Source: Histomonas meleagridis 2922-C6/04-290x (taxonomy: Eukaryota > Protista > Parabasalia). From it: a DNA stretch of 64,000 bases. Below are positions 1-12,156 of this stretch, one piece after another. The DNA is taken from contig JAANOX010000002.1 in assembly GCA_020184695.1 (NCBI GenBank), positions 496,001 to 560,000 of the forward strand, written 5' to 3'. Under the pieces are notes generated by a model. It did not search any database, was not told where the DNA came from, and saw nothing but the letters and a program-made list of their open reading frames with translations. The translations under genes and the position numbers were made by a program. Every line of letters begins with the position of its first letter. Within the stretch, counting starts at the first letter, position 1.

Positions 1-718
1 CAATGTTACTTTGTACAACAGAATCTATGACTGCAAAGGGACGAATGTAATCAAAGTTACACGTTTTCATATTTAATGTTGGAATGAAATTATCAACTTG
101 AAAAAGTTCTACACGAACAAGAGTGGGAGAACTAACTGCTGTAATTCTAACAATAACGGGTCTGCCAATAAGGTATTCTTGACTTGTAGGAAGAAATCCC
201 TCAATTACATCATTTCCAATATCAACCATATAGCCATGATCAACTCTAGATTTAATGGCGCCATACATTATACTGTCTTCTTCAATTTTAATACCTGTGT
301 TAAGAAGCGAAGGTTTAACAGAAAGTTCAACAGGATGAGTTCCTTGAGAAAGAACAACAGCTGTAACAAAATCACCAAATTGATAAAAATCTTCGAGTGA
401 TGGTAATATTGGGCTTTGATTTTCTACGGCAAATTGCAATTTTTGAAGAAAATAATCGTTGATTTCTGTTAATAATAATACACCATGAAGTCCTCCTGGA
501 AGATCCATGTAAACAACATCATCTTCAACAGAACGAACAGAACAGAGCGTAATACAGCCTTGATTATAATCAGATGCTTTCATTATTGAGGGGATTTTTG
601 GTGAAAATTTTCTTGTGTGTTTTTGCTTCTTGGCTTTGTTTTTAAATCCAAAAACTTTCTTAGGGGTACTTCCAATTGTTATTTTTTGGCCATGGCCACG
701 TGGAAGTGCTTCTTCCAT
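1..718 (-). CDS. RRP5: Rrp5/PDCD11-like S1-repeat rRNA biogenesis protein, 5' part (runs off the window edge; absent from the ORF track)
   Basis: Manual translation from ATG at 718 is open to base 1: MEEALPRGHGQKITIG...VYMDLPGGLHGVL...YQFGDFVTAVV...VELSVKPSLLN...GAIKSRVDHGYMVDIG. The N-terminal xxPRG and S1-type DHGY-x-VD motifs match Rrp5. Confidence 0.75.
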   Translation of the reverse strand, partial: MEEALPRGHGQKITIGSTPKKVFGFKNKAKKQKHTRKFSPKIPSIMKASDYNQGCITLCSVRSVEDDVVYMDLPGGLHGVLLLTEINDYFLQKLQFAVENQSPILPSLEDFYQFGDFVTAVVLSQGTHPVELSVKPSLLNTGIKIEEDSIMYGAIKSRVDHGYMVDIGNDVIEGFLPTSQEYLIGRPVIVRITAVSSPTLVRVELFQVDNFIPTLNMKTCNFDYIRPFAVIDSVVQSNI

Positions 719-871
719 TGTTTCTAAAATCTGTGGTCGTTGGGTAACTTGGCGTGCCCCGAAGCCGTTAAACCACTTTTTACTTGTTAAATGTGAGGTT
801 AATTAACGTCTTTAAACGTTCGACTCACAATGTTTAGGGTGCTCCAATGAAAAAGAATTTTTTCTGTTTTC

Positions 872-1450
872 ATGGAAGCTCAAAGAAAGATCAGAATCCT
901 TCTTTCTAGCAGTATAGATGGCCAAGGAATCACAGCTATTATTGACAGGTATATTACAGGAAAATTCATCCCTTCATTTGATCCTACAATTTCCAATACT
1001 TTTAAACATACACAAGTTATTGATAAACAAGAATACAACCTTGAGATTACAGAAATTTGTGATTTTTATCATTGCAAACGTTTTGTGGATTATGATGGTT
1101 TTCTTATCGTGTGTTCATTTATTGAAAGAGAATCTTTTTTGGATATTCCCAAAATGTGTGAAACAATCAAAAATGCCAAAGCTTTAAAGCATGTACCTAT
1201 TGTAGTAATTGCAAATAAGCTCGATTGTGAACCTCATCAAATCACAATATCTGAAATTAAGGAAATCATTAAAGATGAATCTATACCATTGTTTGAGACA
1301 TCTGCACTAACAGGGCAGGGGATAAATGAAGCATTCGAAAAACTTACAAGGATGATACTTGGTCAAAATCCACAATTAAAAAAAGAAAATAAGAAAATGG
1401 AAAATAAACAAAAAAATGTTGGTGCAGATGCAGTTTGTATAATACAATAA
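872..1450 (+). CDS. Ras-family small GTPase-like protein with degenerate G1/G3 motifs and a CAAX box
   Basis: Effector loop FDPTI, G4 NKLD, G5 ETSA, C-terminal CIIQ. The P-loop reads SIDGQGIT and G3 reads EICDF. Confidence 0.85.
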   Translation: MEAQRKIRILLSSSIDGQGITAIIDRYITGKFIPSFDPTISNTFKHTQVIDKQEYNLEITEICDFYHCKRFVDYDGFLIVCSFIERESFLDIPKMCETIKNAKALKHVPIVVIANKLDCEPHQITISEIKEIIKDESIPLFETSALTGQGINEAFEKLTRMILGQNPQLKKENKKMENKQKNVGADAVCIIQ

Positions 1451-2258
1451 AATACCACATAATCTTTTGATCAAAATTTTTAATAAATCTTTCATTAGTT
1501 ACAAAAAATCGTAAATATTTTGAAATCGTAAATTTTATAAAATTTATGGTTAATATAAATTCATTGTTTAATATGTTTTTCTTTCTTTATTAAACAATAA
1601 ATAAGCTTTCTATTAGAGAAATCACTGAAAATTTGAACTTAAATTTCACAGCAAAGTTAAATTTTTCACTCCAAGCAAAACGTTTATCTCTTACTAGACC
1701 ACCCACTTGCTCGCTTGGAGCCAGAGAGCAAATTAGATTATATTTTTTGTCAAGCGCTAGCGTGTTTTCATATCACAAGAAAAATAGGGAAAACGTCTTT
1801 ATTTTTTCAACGATGGATCTGATTTACTAATTACCACGATTTTCATGAAAGACTCTTAACTGGCCAACAAAGTGAAATGCTAAAAATCAACGTTTGAAAT
1901 GTTATTGATAATTCAAAACCTCGTGCAAAGTAAACAAAGAACCCAAATACTTCACACGCTGGTTCCTTATCAGATGCAACCAGTGTAATTTTTATATGAT
2001 ACCAATAAGAAACCATTTAATATCTCAATTATTCATTGACGAATTTGGTTAACTCTTGTATTGATTCTTCACAATTTTCGATACGAATGGTAAGTTCATT
2101 TCATTTATCTTCTGAAGAAAAAGTAATTTTTCCAATACCTCTAAATCAATTCAATTTCACAAAAAGTGGTTAGAATGGGCATTCTAAATCTTCTCACTAG
2201 GAAATGCAAGAATGAAAAAGATTCTCATTTTCAGAAAGAATTAAATTATTACATTTTT

Positions 2259-2780
2259 TTAATGATGATTTAACAAATTACTAATAGAGAAAAATACAAT
2301 TGGATCTATCAACTCAGGAGGATTATGTTTTATAGGAACCTCAAAAGTATTTCTGATTGATCTACAAGCGATCCTTTGCCCTGTTTCTACAAACTGACTT
2401 CTATTATTCGGGTTCAGTCCGATTGACTTTGCTTTTCTTACAATTGTATTCCACCTATTTTTCACGTTATTTTGTGTTCTATTTTGGAAAAAGCAAACAA
2501 TAGATCCCCACTTTCTTCCATATTTTTGGAGGAGGTCAAAAAGCAACGCGTCTTCTTCTGGTGTCCATGCTGTCCGATTAACATCTGGTGATAAATAAGT
2601 AAACCATCTTTCTTTGCATTGTCGCGGTGTTCTTCCTGGCAAGTGATGTGAGATCAATTCCCAATCATTTGTTCCAAGATTATTAACGAGGTTTTGGAGG
2701 ATTTGATCCTCTTTACTTGTGAATACATATCGATATTTCTTATGCCTTTGTTGTGGTGCTTGCTGAGATACAATATTCAT
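2259..2780 (-). CDS. R2R3 Myb-like DNA-binding protein
   Basis: Two Myb repeats: FTSKEDQIL...W...LPGRTPRQCKERWFTYLSP and WTPEEDALL...YGRKW...RTQNNVKNRW. Confidence 0.92.
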   Translation of the reverse strand: MNIVSQQAPQQRHKKYRYVFTSKEDQILQNLVNNLGTNDWELISHHLPGRTPRQCKERWFTYLSPDVNRTAWTPEEDALLFDLLQKYGRKWGSIVCFFQNRTQNNVKNRWNTIVRKAKSIGLNPNNRSQFVETGQRIACRSIRNTFEVPIKHNPPELIDPIVFFSISNLLNHH

Positions 2781-2790
2781 CTTTAGAACG

Positions 2791-2796
2791 AAATGA
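2791..2796 (-). promoter_or_regulatory. Initiator (Inr) element of the Myb gene
   Basis: TCATTT on the minus strand 10 nt upstream of the ATG; fits the trichomonad Inr TCA(Y)(T/A). Confidence 0.6.
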
Positions 2797-4727
2797 ACAA
2801 TTTAAAAGTTTTCTTTACGAACACTTTTTTTGCACTGAATATGTTACAATCGAATTTTGGTGTTCTTTGAATTTTCTTTAGTGAAAAGACAAATTGTTTC
2901 AAAAACACTTTTTTTGAATTTTTATGTGAGTGTCCTGGTTCAAAAACCCTCAAAACTTAGAACCGTTTTGTTACATAAAAACATTGTTTGATTTATAAGA
3001 CACGCGAAAGGTTTTCTTTACAAAATTTGCTTCATAAAACTTTAGTCATAAATATGAATGTTATAATGAAACCAAAATAAGAATTCAGGTTTACATAATC
3101 ATAAGGATAAAAATTTGATTCTTAATGGGTATTTTAGCTGATTCCCTTTTAATGTAATAAATGTTTAATGTAACTAATTCCAATATATTTTTGATGGTAT
3201 ATGATATTAGCTAGTATTTTTTGAATGTAATTTAAAACCATTTGTAATTTAATTTCTTATTCATGAAGTAATTTTGTAATCTTTTCAACCATATGATGAT
3301 CCTAATGTAATGCTTTGGATGTATTTTTGGGAGAAAAGAAGTACTTTTGCTTAAACATTAATATCAACGCTGCATAAAAAATAATTTAACAATTTCTTTA
3401 AATGATTCTGATTTATATAATATATTCTTTGTTATTTTGTTAGGTTAGTAGTGTGTGGCTAATTGTAAATAAGTTACAGTAAAATCTAGCAATAATTAAT
3501 GTTTAAAATTTACTTCAAAAATAATATTCTTTGCTAATCAAATAAGATCTTTGTTTTTAGGTATATCTGCAAGAGGTACTTCAACTCCCAAAAAACATAT
3601 TTTTTTCATCTTTTTTCATTTCATCTGTAAGCATTCCATGAATTATACAATAATTTAAATTTTAAAACAAAAAATTTTATTAACTCATGAAATATAATAT
3701 TTAATCGATTTTTTCCAGTCATTCATGATTAATTTATGATGAATTAAATATTATATTGATTTGAGAACATAAAACCTACCAGGAAAAAAAAATCATTCAA
3801 ATTTATCATTATTTTCTCCCATTTTTTTAAAATTGATGTAAAAAATTATATAACCAGGTGGTTTATTTTAGCACAACTTAGAATCGTTGTTTTATAAATT
3901 ATTTAATTAAATTTTATTGAAAAATAAAAATATTTTATTACCTAAAAAGTGCTGTAATTATCAAAATATTCATTTTTTGCAATGAATAATAAAAATTAAA
4001 ACATAGTAACCAACACAATCATATTTTTTTGTGTCATCGTATTATATATTGTACAATAATGAATTATTATTTTCATCGATAAAAATTAAATAATCGGGTA
4101 TTTTTTTTTTAATATTTTTTTTTTAATATTTTTTCATTTTGATGATAACATAATATGTTGGAAATAGTATAAAAATAATTTTGTTTTATAACAAACTGTT
4201 GTTAAGAAATTTTCGTTTTTAAATTTTTAGAAAAAATTTCATCATTTTTTGAAAAATTCATTTTTTTGAGAAATATTTGACCAAAAAAAATTAGTCAATA
4301 GATTTTTAATGTAACCGAGCAAAAATTAAAATATTATATATCTTCTATTTATATTTAGATTTTTATTTAAATTCCACCGCTAGTTTTGTTTAAACTTGTG
4401 CTTCTTGATGAAACGATACATTTTGATAACACACTTTACTTTAGAAGCCTTGAAGGGTTTTAATATTCGAAAGGATTTTTAAAAATTTTAGAAAAAAGAG
4501 AAAAATTGATCTCGATCGAGATCTCAAAATTCAGCAGTCGAAATTGCCTAAAAATTTATATTTAAACTCAATACCCGAAGTTATCCATACAATTTGATTT
4601 TCAACGAAAAACTGTTGAGGAATTTAGAGTTGAAGTACCTTTTTTCTGCACAAGACTTTTTATTCAAACAGACTCATCAATTTTTTGAATGCTGCTTTAG
4701 TCGGCCAATTATAAAAGTGGCATTTTA

Positions 4728-5411
4728 ATGGGATCGATCGGAGAAAATTATCAAAAAATTGCTGCAAATGTAAAAAGGCTTAATCCAAATACAACACTTG
4801 TAAGTGTAAGTAAGCTTAAGCCGATAGAAGACTTAAGGGAAGCATTTGAAGCTGGCTGTCGAGTTTTTGGAGAAAATTATGTCGACGAGTTGGTAGAAAA
4901 AGCACCACAACTTCCTGATGCAAAGTTCCATTTAATTGGTCACCTTCAAACAAACAAAGTTGCAAAAGTTTGTCGTATTCCAAATTTAGGCATGATAGAA
5001 ACAATTGATAGTATTAAACTTGCTACTAAGGTTAATAATAGTTATGGATCAGGAAGAGGGCAATTAAGCATTATGGTTCAAGTTAATACATCTCAAGAGC
5101 CACAAAAACATGGAATACAAAGAGGATCTGAATTATTCGAACTTATCCGCTACATCACATCGAACTGTCCAAACCTTAAGTTCGAAGGTTTAATGACAAT
5201 TGGCGAAACTGGTGAAAGCGAACGTGATTTCAATACTTTAATTGATATTCGAAAGGAATGTTCCCAAGAATTACAAATCCCATTAGAATCTATAAAGCTA
5301 TCAATGGGAATGAGCGCCGATTATGAGCTTGCGTGCACCATGGGCGCTGATTATGTCCGTGTTGGCTCTTCAATTTTTGGTGCTCGTCCTCCAAAACAAA
5401 CCCATCAATGA
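4728..5411 (+). CDS. PLPBP: Pyridoxal phosphate homeostasis protein (YggS/PROSC/PLPBP family)
   Basis: VSKLKP (PLP lysine), FGENYVDE, HLIGHLQTNK, LSMGMSADY, VRVGSSIFG. Confidence 0.95.
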   Translation: MGSIGENYQKIAANVKRLNPNTTLVSVSKLKPIEDLREAFEAGCRVFGENYVDELVEKAPQLPDAKFHLIGHLQTNKVAKVCRIPNLGMIETIDSIKLATKVNNSYGSGRGQLSIMVQVNTSQEPQKHGIQRGSELFELIRYITSNCPNLKFEGLMTIGETGESERDFNTLIDIRKECSQELQIPLESIKLSMGMSADYELACTMGADYVRVGSSIFGARPPKQTHQ

Positions 5412-5947
5412 GGGGCGCCCTGAGTAAAATATAGAAATAATTGTAAAAAAGTGAATTTTTTAAAAAACAAGATTAAAGCAAATTAGGGTACAATACAGCA
5501 TTAAACATGTTTTAAGGACATTGTAAGTGACTATCATATCAATAAGTAGCACTTATAAATAATATGCAATTATATTATTCAAATATTAAGAAATTATTAC
5601 AGATTCATAAACAAAATTCGAAAAGCGATTCAGCAATAGTACTACCTCAAATAGAAACTATATTTAAACAATTACAAATTTTTTTTTTAGTCAGTAAGGT
5701 ATCACCGATAATGTCTTCTGATATCTAAAAAATCAGGAACATTAATTTGATTATTTTTATTATCGTAAACATATTTTTTTTTTCTGAGATTTTATTTTGT
5801 GCCAATACAAAATTTGATTGAAATGTAGTCTTTGTCAATTATTTTTATTCAAAAGTGGTACTGGTTTTGATGTGTTATAACACATGGATTTCTCACAAAT
5901 TTGTGATTTTACATTCGAATAACCGTTATGGGTGGATAATTCGACAA

Positions 5948-7892
5948 ATGAATGAAAATATTGAGTTCCTTCGTTTATCCCCACTTCATGCCTATAAGCT
6001 CCAGAAAAGCGTTCAGAAAATACTAAGTCTCAAAGAGAACATTAAACATACAAAGCAAACATTCGAACAGTACACACAAGTAGGCCTTTCTTTATGTGAT
6101 TGCATGAATAAACTGGCTGTTGCTTTTAAAGGCTACTCAAAGTATGAAAGCGATCCAGCTTTGACATCAATTCATGACCTTCTTATCAATTTTACAGAAA
6201 CAATTAAAGATCATTATAATCAAGTTAATCAACAAATTATTTCACACCTTGATAAATTTGTTTCAGAGGACATTGAAAAGGCTGTCACACAAGGATCTAA
6301 AGCAGCTCATGAATTTGATAATCTTAATAAGTGTTTGGATAATTATTTTGTTCAAGCACCTAAAAAGAAGAAATCAACCATTGATTCCCAAGAAAAGATC
6401 ATGAAGCTCATTGCAGAATTTTGGGATGCTGGTAAATCAGATTTTGAACTTAGTCGACAACTTGAGCTTGTTGAACGTAAGAAAATGATTGAAATTACTG
6501 CATCAGTATGTTTTTTTATGATATTCCCATTTTCATAAAAGAAATGGGAATGTCATTTTTTTATAAATTTCTAACACATAGTTTGTAGTATTTATGACAT
6601 TGCTAGGAGTAACACATAAGCAATGCCTTGGCTATTATGATTCAGTCAAAGATTCATTTTCAACATTACAATCTGCATTACCTCAATCATCACGAGCAGT
6701 CCAACTTTTCAGCGAAAACTCCAACAAATTATCAGTTTCATTACAGGGGTATTATAAGATATATTGGAAACGCATTCATCAGAAATTCCCAGGAACAACC
6801 TCATTAGAACACGAAGGGTATTTATTCAAAAAAGGCTCATCCGGCTTCACCAAGAGTTGGCAAAAACGCTATTTTATTTGCAAGAACAAACAATTGTATT
6901 ATTATCATGATGGAAAAGATACTCCTCAAGGGGTCTTAGATTTGTTATTAACAACAGTTAAGCCGGTTAATGATGGTGAACGTAAGTCCTGCTTTACAAT
7001 TATCTCGCAAGAAAAAGTATATACGTTACAAGCATTATGTGATTATGACCGAGATGAATGGATAAAAGTTATACAAAACAACGTACAATATCTACTTGAA
7101 CATGTTGGCGTTTCTGACTCTAAAGCCGAAAGTAATAATCAACAAATTATATCACCTTCAAACATCCCATGTAACAAAGTTTGTTGCGATTGCGGTGCAC
7201 CAAATCCTTCGTGGTGTTGCATTAATTGGGGTACTTGCATATGTATACATTGTTCTGGTGTACATCGAAGTTTAACCACAACATTATCTAAAGTTCGTTC
7301 ATTGACACTCGATCACTTGGACGAGCAAACGCTGAAACTGTTCGAAATTTTAGGTAATGAAAATGTGAATAAGATTCTTGAAGAAAATATTGGCGATGAG
7401 AAAATCGATCAGAATGCAAGCAAAGAGCAAAGAGAAGAATTCATTCGGAAGAAGTATATGGAAGGTGCATTTATGAACAAGAATGTCGAGAAAGTCGACC
7501 TGCGAAGCGCTATCAAAAACAACGACTACGCCAAAATTTATTTGGCAATTTGCCAGGGGCAGTTACAAAATCAATTGAATGGTTTCACTGATTTACATTA
7601 CGCTGCGGCGGTTGGCGACGCATTGACTACTTTACTCGTTGCATACAATATACCGGTTGTGAACGTCATCGACGATGGATGGTCTGCTTTGTCTTATGCA
7701 ACGTATTATCATAATGAACCTGCGGCCCAGGCTTTGCTGTTAGCAGGATGTGACCCTTCAGCTTCGCAAGCTCATCCCTATCAAATAGCTTTGAGTGCTC
7801 AAGATGAGAAAATGGCAGTGCTGTTCTTGCCGTATTGGCACGGCGACGATGAAGAGCCAGAGCAATTCACACCTCCAAACCCAGTGAATTAG
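5948..7892 (+). CDS. ACAP/centaurin-beta-like ArfGAP (BAR-PH-ArfGAP-ankyrin); join(5948..6505,6582..7892), about 622 aa
   Basis: Helical BAR-like N-terminus, PH domain (HEGYLFKKG...WQKRYF), ArfGAP zinc finger CCDCGAPNPSWCCINWGTCICIHCSGVHRSL, then ankyrin repeats. The two track ORFs fuse in frame (ITAS|FVVFMTL) after removal of a 76-nt intron. Confidence 0.92.
6506..6581 (+). other. Canonical parabasalid spliceosomal intron, 76 nt, phase 0
   Basis: 5' GTATGT and 3' fused branch/acceptor TCTAACACATAG (trichomonad consensus about RCTAACACAYAG). Removal restores the reading frame. Confidence 0.93.
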
Positions 7893-8039
7893 CAACCGAA
7901 ATAAATTATTAAACAATATTTCACCCGTGGAAATGTGAATTATTGAAAATACGAATCATTCTGTTTTGTAAACATATGTTGAAATTGAGTTGAGATAAAA
8001 CAGAAATAAAAGTAGAAAGAACGTTCTTTCTACAAGTGT

Positions 8040-8200
8040 CATTTGGTAAGATGGAGCTCCCTGACATAACGCATCGACAATAAGGTGGATATCTGATAAG
8101 CAATTGTGGGTAGGCCACCAAATTCATCCAATCTTAATCCTATCGAAAACATATGGGCAATAATGAAAAGAAAAATCAAAAAATATGAATGGGTAACTTG
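8040..8200 (+). mobile_element. Decayed Tc1/IS630-type transposase fragment
   Basis: DGAP*H followed by PPNSSNLNPIENIWAIMKRK (compare WPPNSPDLNPIENxW); contains stops and frameshifts. Confidence 0.75.
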
Positions 8201-10639
8201 AGAAAATTTAATCAGCGTTAAATAGATTTGGTATTACTTTGATGAAAAGACAATAGATGTACTCTCATCTGATTTTATTATAAGTTGTGTACTTGTGAGA
8301 GATCTTGGATGAGAAAGTGCTTCCTAGTGCCTCTCCAGCCACGTTATAATGGTAAAATATAAAATTTGGAAAATTAATGAGATCGAAATATTATGTGAAC
8401 TTAATCAGAGCTTGGAAGCAAGTGGAAACTGATAGGGGAAGGCATTTGGAGAGACAAAAATTTCGTTGTAACTCATTTCAAGAATCTAAGTCAAAGAATT
8501 CATAACGAAAGATTGAGAAAAACTGTTTTTCTCTTCCAAGTATCAAACAATTTAGCCTCCTTGTTTATTTATTATTATAAGGGCTGGTACGAACCGTCTT
8601 AGTTATTTTATATAAGCATTCAATCATCTAGGTATGCATCATCCATTTTGTAACAAAACTTTAATCCTTCAATTTTTTTCACTTGTGTAAACTCGTCGCC
8701 TCTGTTCTTTTGTGGAAACATCACAATGGAATCATGCAACATTGGAGAGATAACAAGTACTAATGGGAATTGAATATGTAGAAAAAGAGAAGGTTTGAAA
8801 TAACTCGTTTCTTTGAAAATTCATAACATCGAATACAGTGCAACATATATAACAAAGGTTAACAAATATCTGCAATTTAATAAAAAATATTGACAAACAT
8901 TCTGTTATCAATGAAAGCGAAAAAATTATACTTAAATTGAATCAAAAAATGTCTGAGATGAAATATCACTCAATATATCAGATAATATCAGATATAATGA
9001 TTGACAAATTTGGGAAAAATGTATGCTTAGTTACATTCCATGTGATTTATAGTCAACCAGAACTTAAGGTTGTTGTTGAAGAACGTATGTAAGATGATAG
9101 AGATTTTTGTCAAGAGAAATTAACGGTTTTGGTCGATTAAAAACCATTCAAAAATTTCGTTTTTGAAATTGTGATAAGAAGAATATAAATAAACTGATGT
9201 TCAAAAATGGAGACTATGGGTAAAAAAGGGTAAATTTAACAAATTCATAAGTTTATACAATTGACATTAAAAGAATGGGAAATGAACAAAGCCTTGATGC
9301 AGGTGCAAATGTTTTTGTTAATAGCGAAAATTAGATAAAGGAAATCATAAATCCTGAAGAAAATTTTATCCCAATTTATCAGGATATATGGAAAAACATA
9401 GGTAAGGAAATCATTAACAGACTTGTAAATGATTTTATTCGTCGATGTAAATAAATATCAGGAAAAAATTTCAAGCCATCGAAATTCTGTCAGAGAAAAA
9501 GATAAAGTTGGCACAGCTAACATGAGATTTTGGAAGAAGGATCAAGACGAAACTCTATAAAAATAGCACAGAGAATTTAGCGTTCAATGGAAAAAAATTG
9601 GATCAGAGATCAATAGAAGTGGAACAGAAATTAAAAACAGGTATCATTTTTCTGCGCAGGTCGAAGCGAATTATCATCTGCATTCCCATACTTGGTTTCC
9701 TCCAATCGATGGAAATTTAATCATGGATCCGATCTTCAAAGATTGGCAACCAACATGGACATTGTAACAGAGGCCTATGATTTAGAAGAAATTTAGGTAA
9801 TTTATGTTGTATTTTAGCCCGATTTGCTGAGATATAATGACCATTGTTCAAAAATGGAGACTGTTTTTGAATAGTTTACAAAAACATTTCAATAAAGGAG
9901 TCCGTTACTTCCCTTCAAATTTACATAGAAAAAGTGACTTCATTACAAAAGTATTCTCCATTTTTGTACATCAGTTTATTGTCCCTATTGACTTAGTTCT
10001 AACCCCTGTATGATGAATGGTGCTCCCGGATTTGAAAAGAATTGAACGTATCGGATTTTTCGATTTTGTAAACCATGCAAATAAAACATGTTTTTCGATG
10101 CATATTCAATTTTTTTCGTGTTTGTGAGAAAATATTTGGCCTATTCAATTGTGCTTCAATATAAATATTTATGCTTAAAATATTGCATGGAAATAAAAAT
10201 GACAAAAGAAAAAATTCTATGATACTTTCAATTTTCTGTTATAATGTCAAAATATTCTCTGAAATAATTGCAATCCGAAAATTCTACTAAGAAAACAGTA
10301 TAAAAATTAAAATGATTAAAATTTAAAGTATGAATAATTGTAGTATGAAATTTAACTATAGTTATAGTGATAATGAGTTGAGATATAACGAGTTTATTCA
10401 AAATCAATATCATATCAATAAAAAAAAATTGAAATTTTGTGTTCACTTATCTGTAAAGATTTCTCCATATGAAATCGAATGATATATTGTGATTATATCT
10501 ATAACAGAACTAGTGAAGATATAAACTCAAATTTTCATGATAATTATACGTATGTTTTCTCATCCACTTCTTGGCAGCTGCCCACATTGACTCAATTTTT
10601 TAAGATCAAGAAACCAAGCCAATCGAAGGTTCCTGGAAT

Positions 10640-11352
10640 GCATTGATAACTACTTCATTGATCTTGCGTGTATGATCAATGGATTACCTGCAGATCTGAT
10701 AGCCAATTTGGACGAAATGGAAGTATATGATCTAGGGTTGACTCCTGATAAAGTCATAATCATGTACCAAAAAGGTTTTGTTGATGTTTTATGTTTTATT
10801 TATTGAGCCACAAATGTATTCTTTCCTGAGATAATTGATAGGATCAAAAGACACACTGGCCGAGATCCATCTTTTGGTAAGTCTGCTGTTATCATTCTAG
10901 ATGGATTGAAACAGCATTTCACAGACTTTTTTGAAGATGAGTGTTTTGCTATGAATGTTGATTTAGCAATAATTTCCCCACACTCAAGTGACCAAGTTCA
11001 ACCCCTCGATCTGATCTTATTTGCAGTTGCTAAAACAGATGTAAGAAGAATTAAAAATGACAACGAATTAAGCTTACAATCAAATGATATCATGAGATTA
11101 TTTACTGCTATACAAACTGCATCAACAACACGCATTGAACGAATGAGCTGTTCATTTCAACGTGCTGGTATTATTACAGAATATGATAGTGAAGAATTAT
11201 TAGTATCATTAGTTATTACCCTTGATACAAAGGTGAGACATTACCACAGTACAATAAATTCAAACAAAACAAGGATAAACTTACTTGAGTCAATATCATT
11301 CATCGAATCAGATGATTTTATAAGAAGGTTTGAGGAAGAAAATGAATCATAA
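10640..11352 (+). mobile_element. Decayed pogo/Tigger-like (DDE_1) transposase
   Basis: LPADLIANLDEM, then VIILDGLKQH...IISPHSSDQVQPLDL motifs typical of DDE_1 transposases; interrupted frames. Confidence 0.8.
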
Positions 11353-11790
11353 ATTAAAAAATATTTTCACAATTTTAATCAAATCATTTTTTAATCTAAA
11401 ATGCCCATAATTGTGTTTATTGTTTAATTTCTAATGATGAAATTTCAGATTAACTATTTATGAATCCTTAAGATTTTTTGAAAATTGATACTGATCTAAT
11501 TAAGCATAACACTCTCAAGTTATTCTGACATGTTAAAAACTCAGGATGACATATTTTTCTGGTGCCAACAGGTATTTTTTCCCACTCTATGATGATACTT
11601 TATTATAAAACTGCTTCATAGAATTTTTAACATTAATACCTGGTACACCAATTTTTTTATGAAGTGTTACCATGCCCCCAAGTTTACTAATTTTTAAAGA
11701 TAACAAAATACCTTTTCGATAAATCGATATCTAGATAAATAATAATTTCAATTCTTGAAATATTTCCCAAGTAAACCTTAACGGTCGTAA

Positions 11791-12156
11791 ATGCGTCCAA
11801 ATATTTGCCAATCTACCGAAAAACCTCTCCACATTCTCAGGGACTGGATCAACGAAGGAAAACTAATTGATGCAAGAGAACCAGGTTTTATCAAAGTTGA
11901 CAATGCTTGTCTTGATCTAAATCTGCCCACAGAATATCGATCCAAAAAAGGCAAAAGCGAACCATACACACTTGAACAAATATGGTTTTTACTTATAAAT
12001 GACAACATTAAATTTCCAGACTATGTTGCTGCCTCTAAAGAGAAAGGTATTAAAAACGTCCTATATCAAGATAGAGAACAAATTCTTGGTTGGCTCAAAG
12101 GCAAGTTTGCTACAGTTAAAGGAATTGTAGAAGAAAAACCGGTTCCCAATTCCTAA
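11791..12156 (+). CDS. Stand-alone CDC73/parafibromin N-terminal-domain protein
   Basis: KPLHILR...TEYRSKKGKSEPYTLEQIWFLL...DYVAASKEKGIKNVLYQDREQILGWLKG aligns by eye with CDC73_N (PLSLLR...YTLDSILFLL...[27 protein letters not shown]). Confidence 0.7.
   Translation: MRPNICQSTEKPLHILRDWINEGKLIDAREPGFIKVDNACLDLNLPTEYRSKKGKSEPYTLEQIWFLLINDNIKFPDYVAASKEKGIKNVLYQDREQILGWLKGKFATVKGIVEEKPVPNS

Noticed and set aside
3574-4640. 14-bp inverted repeat AGGTACTTCAACTC / GAGTTGAAGTACCT about 1.05 kb apart (possible MITE)
   Set aside because: Does not extend, no target-site duplication seen, and a match of this size is borderline by chance.
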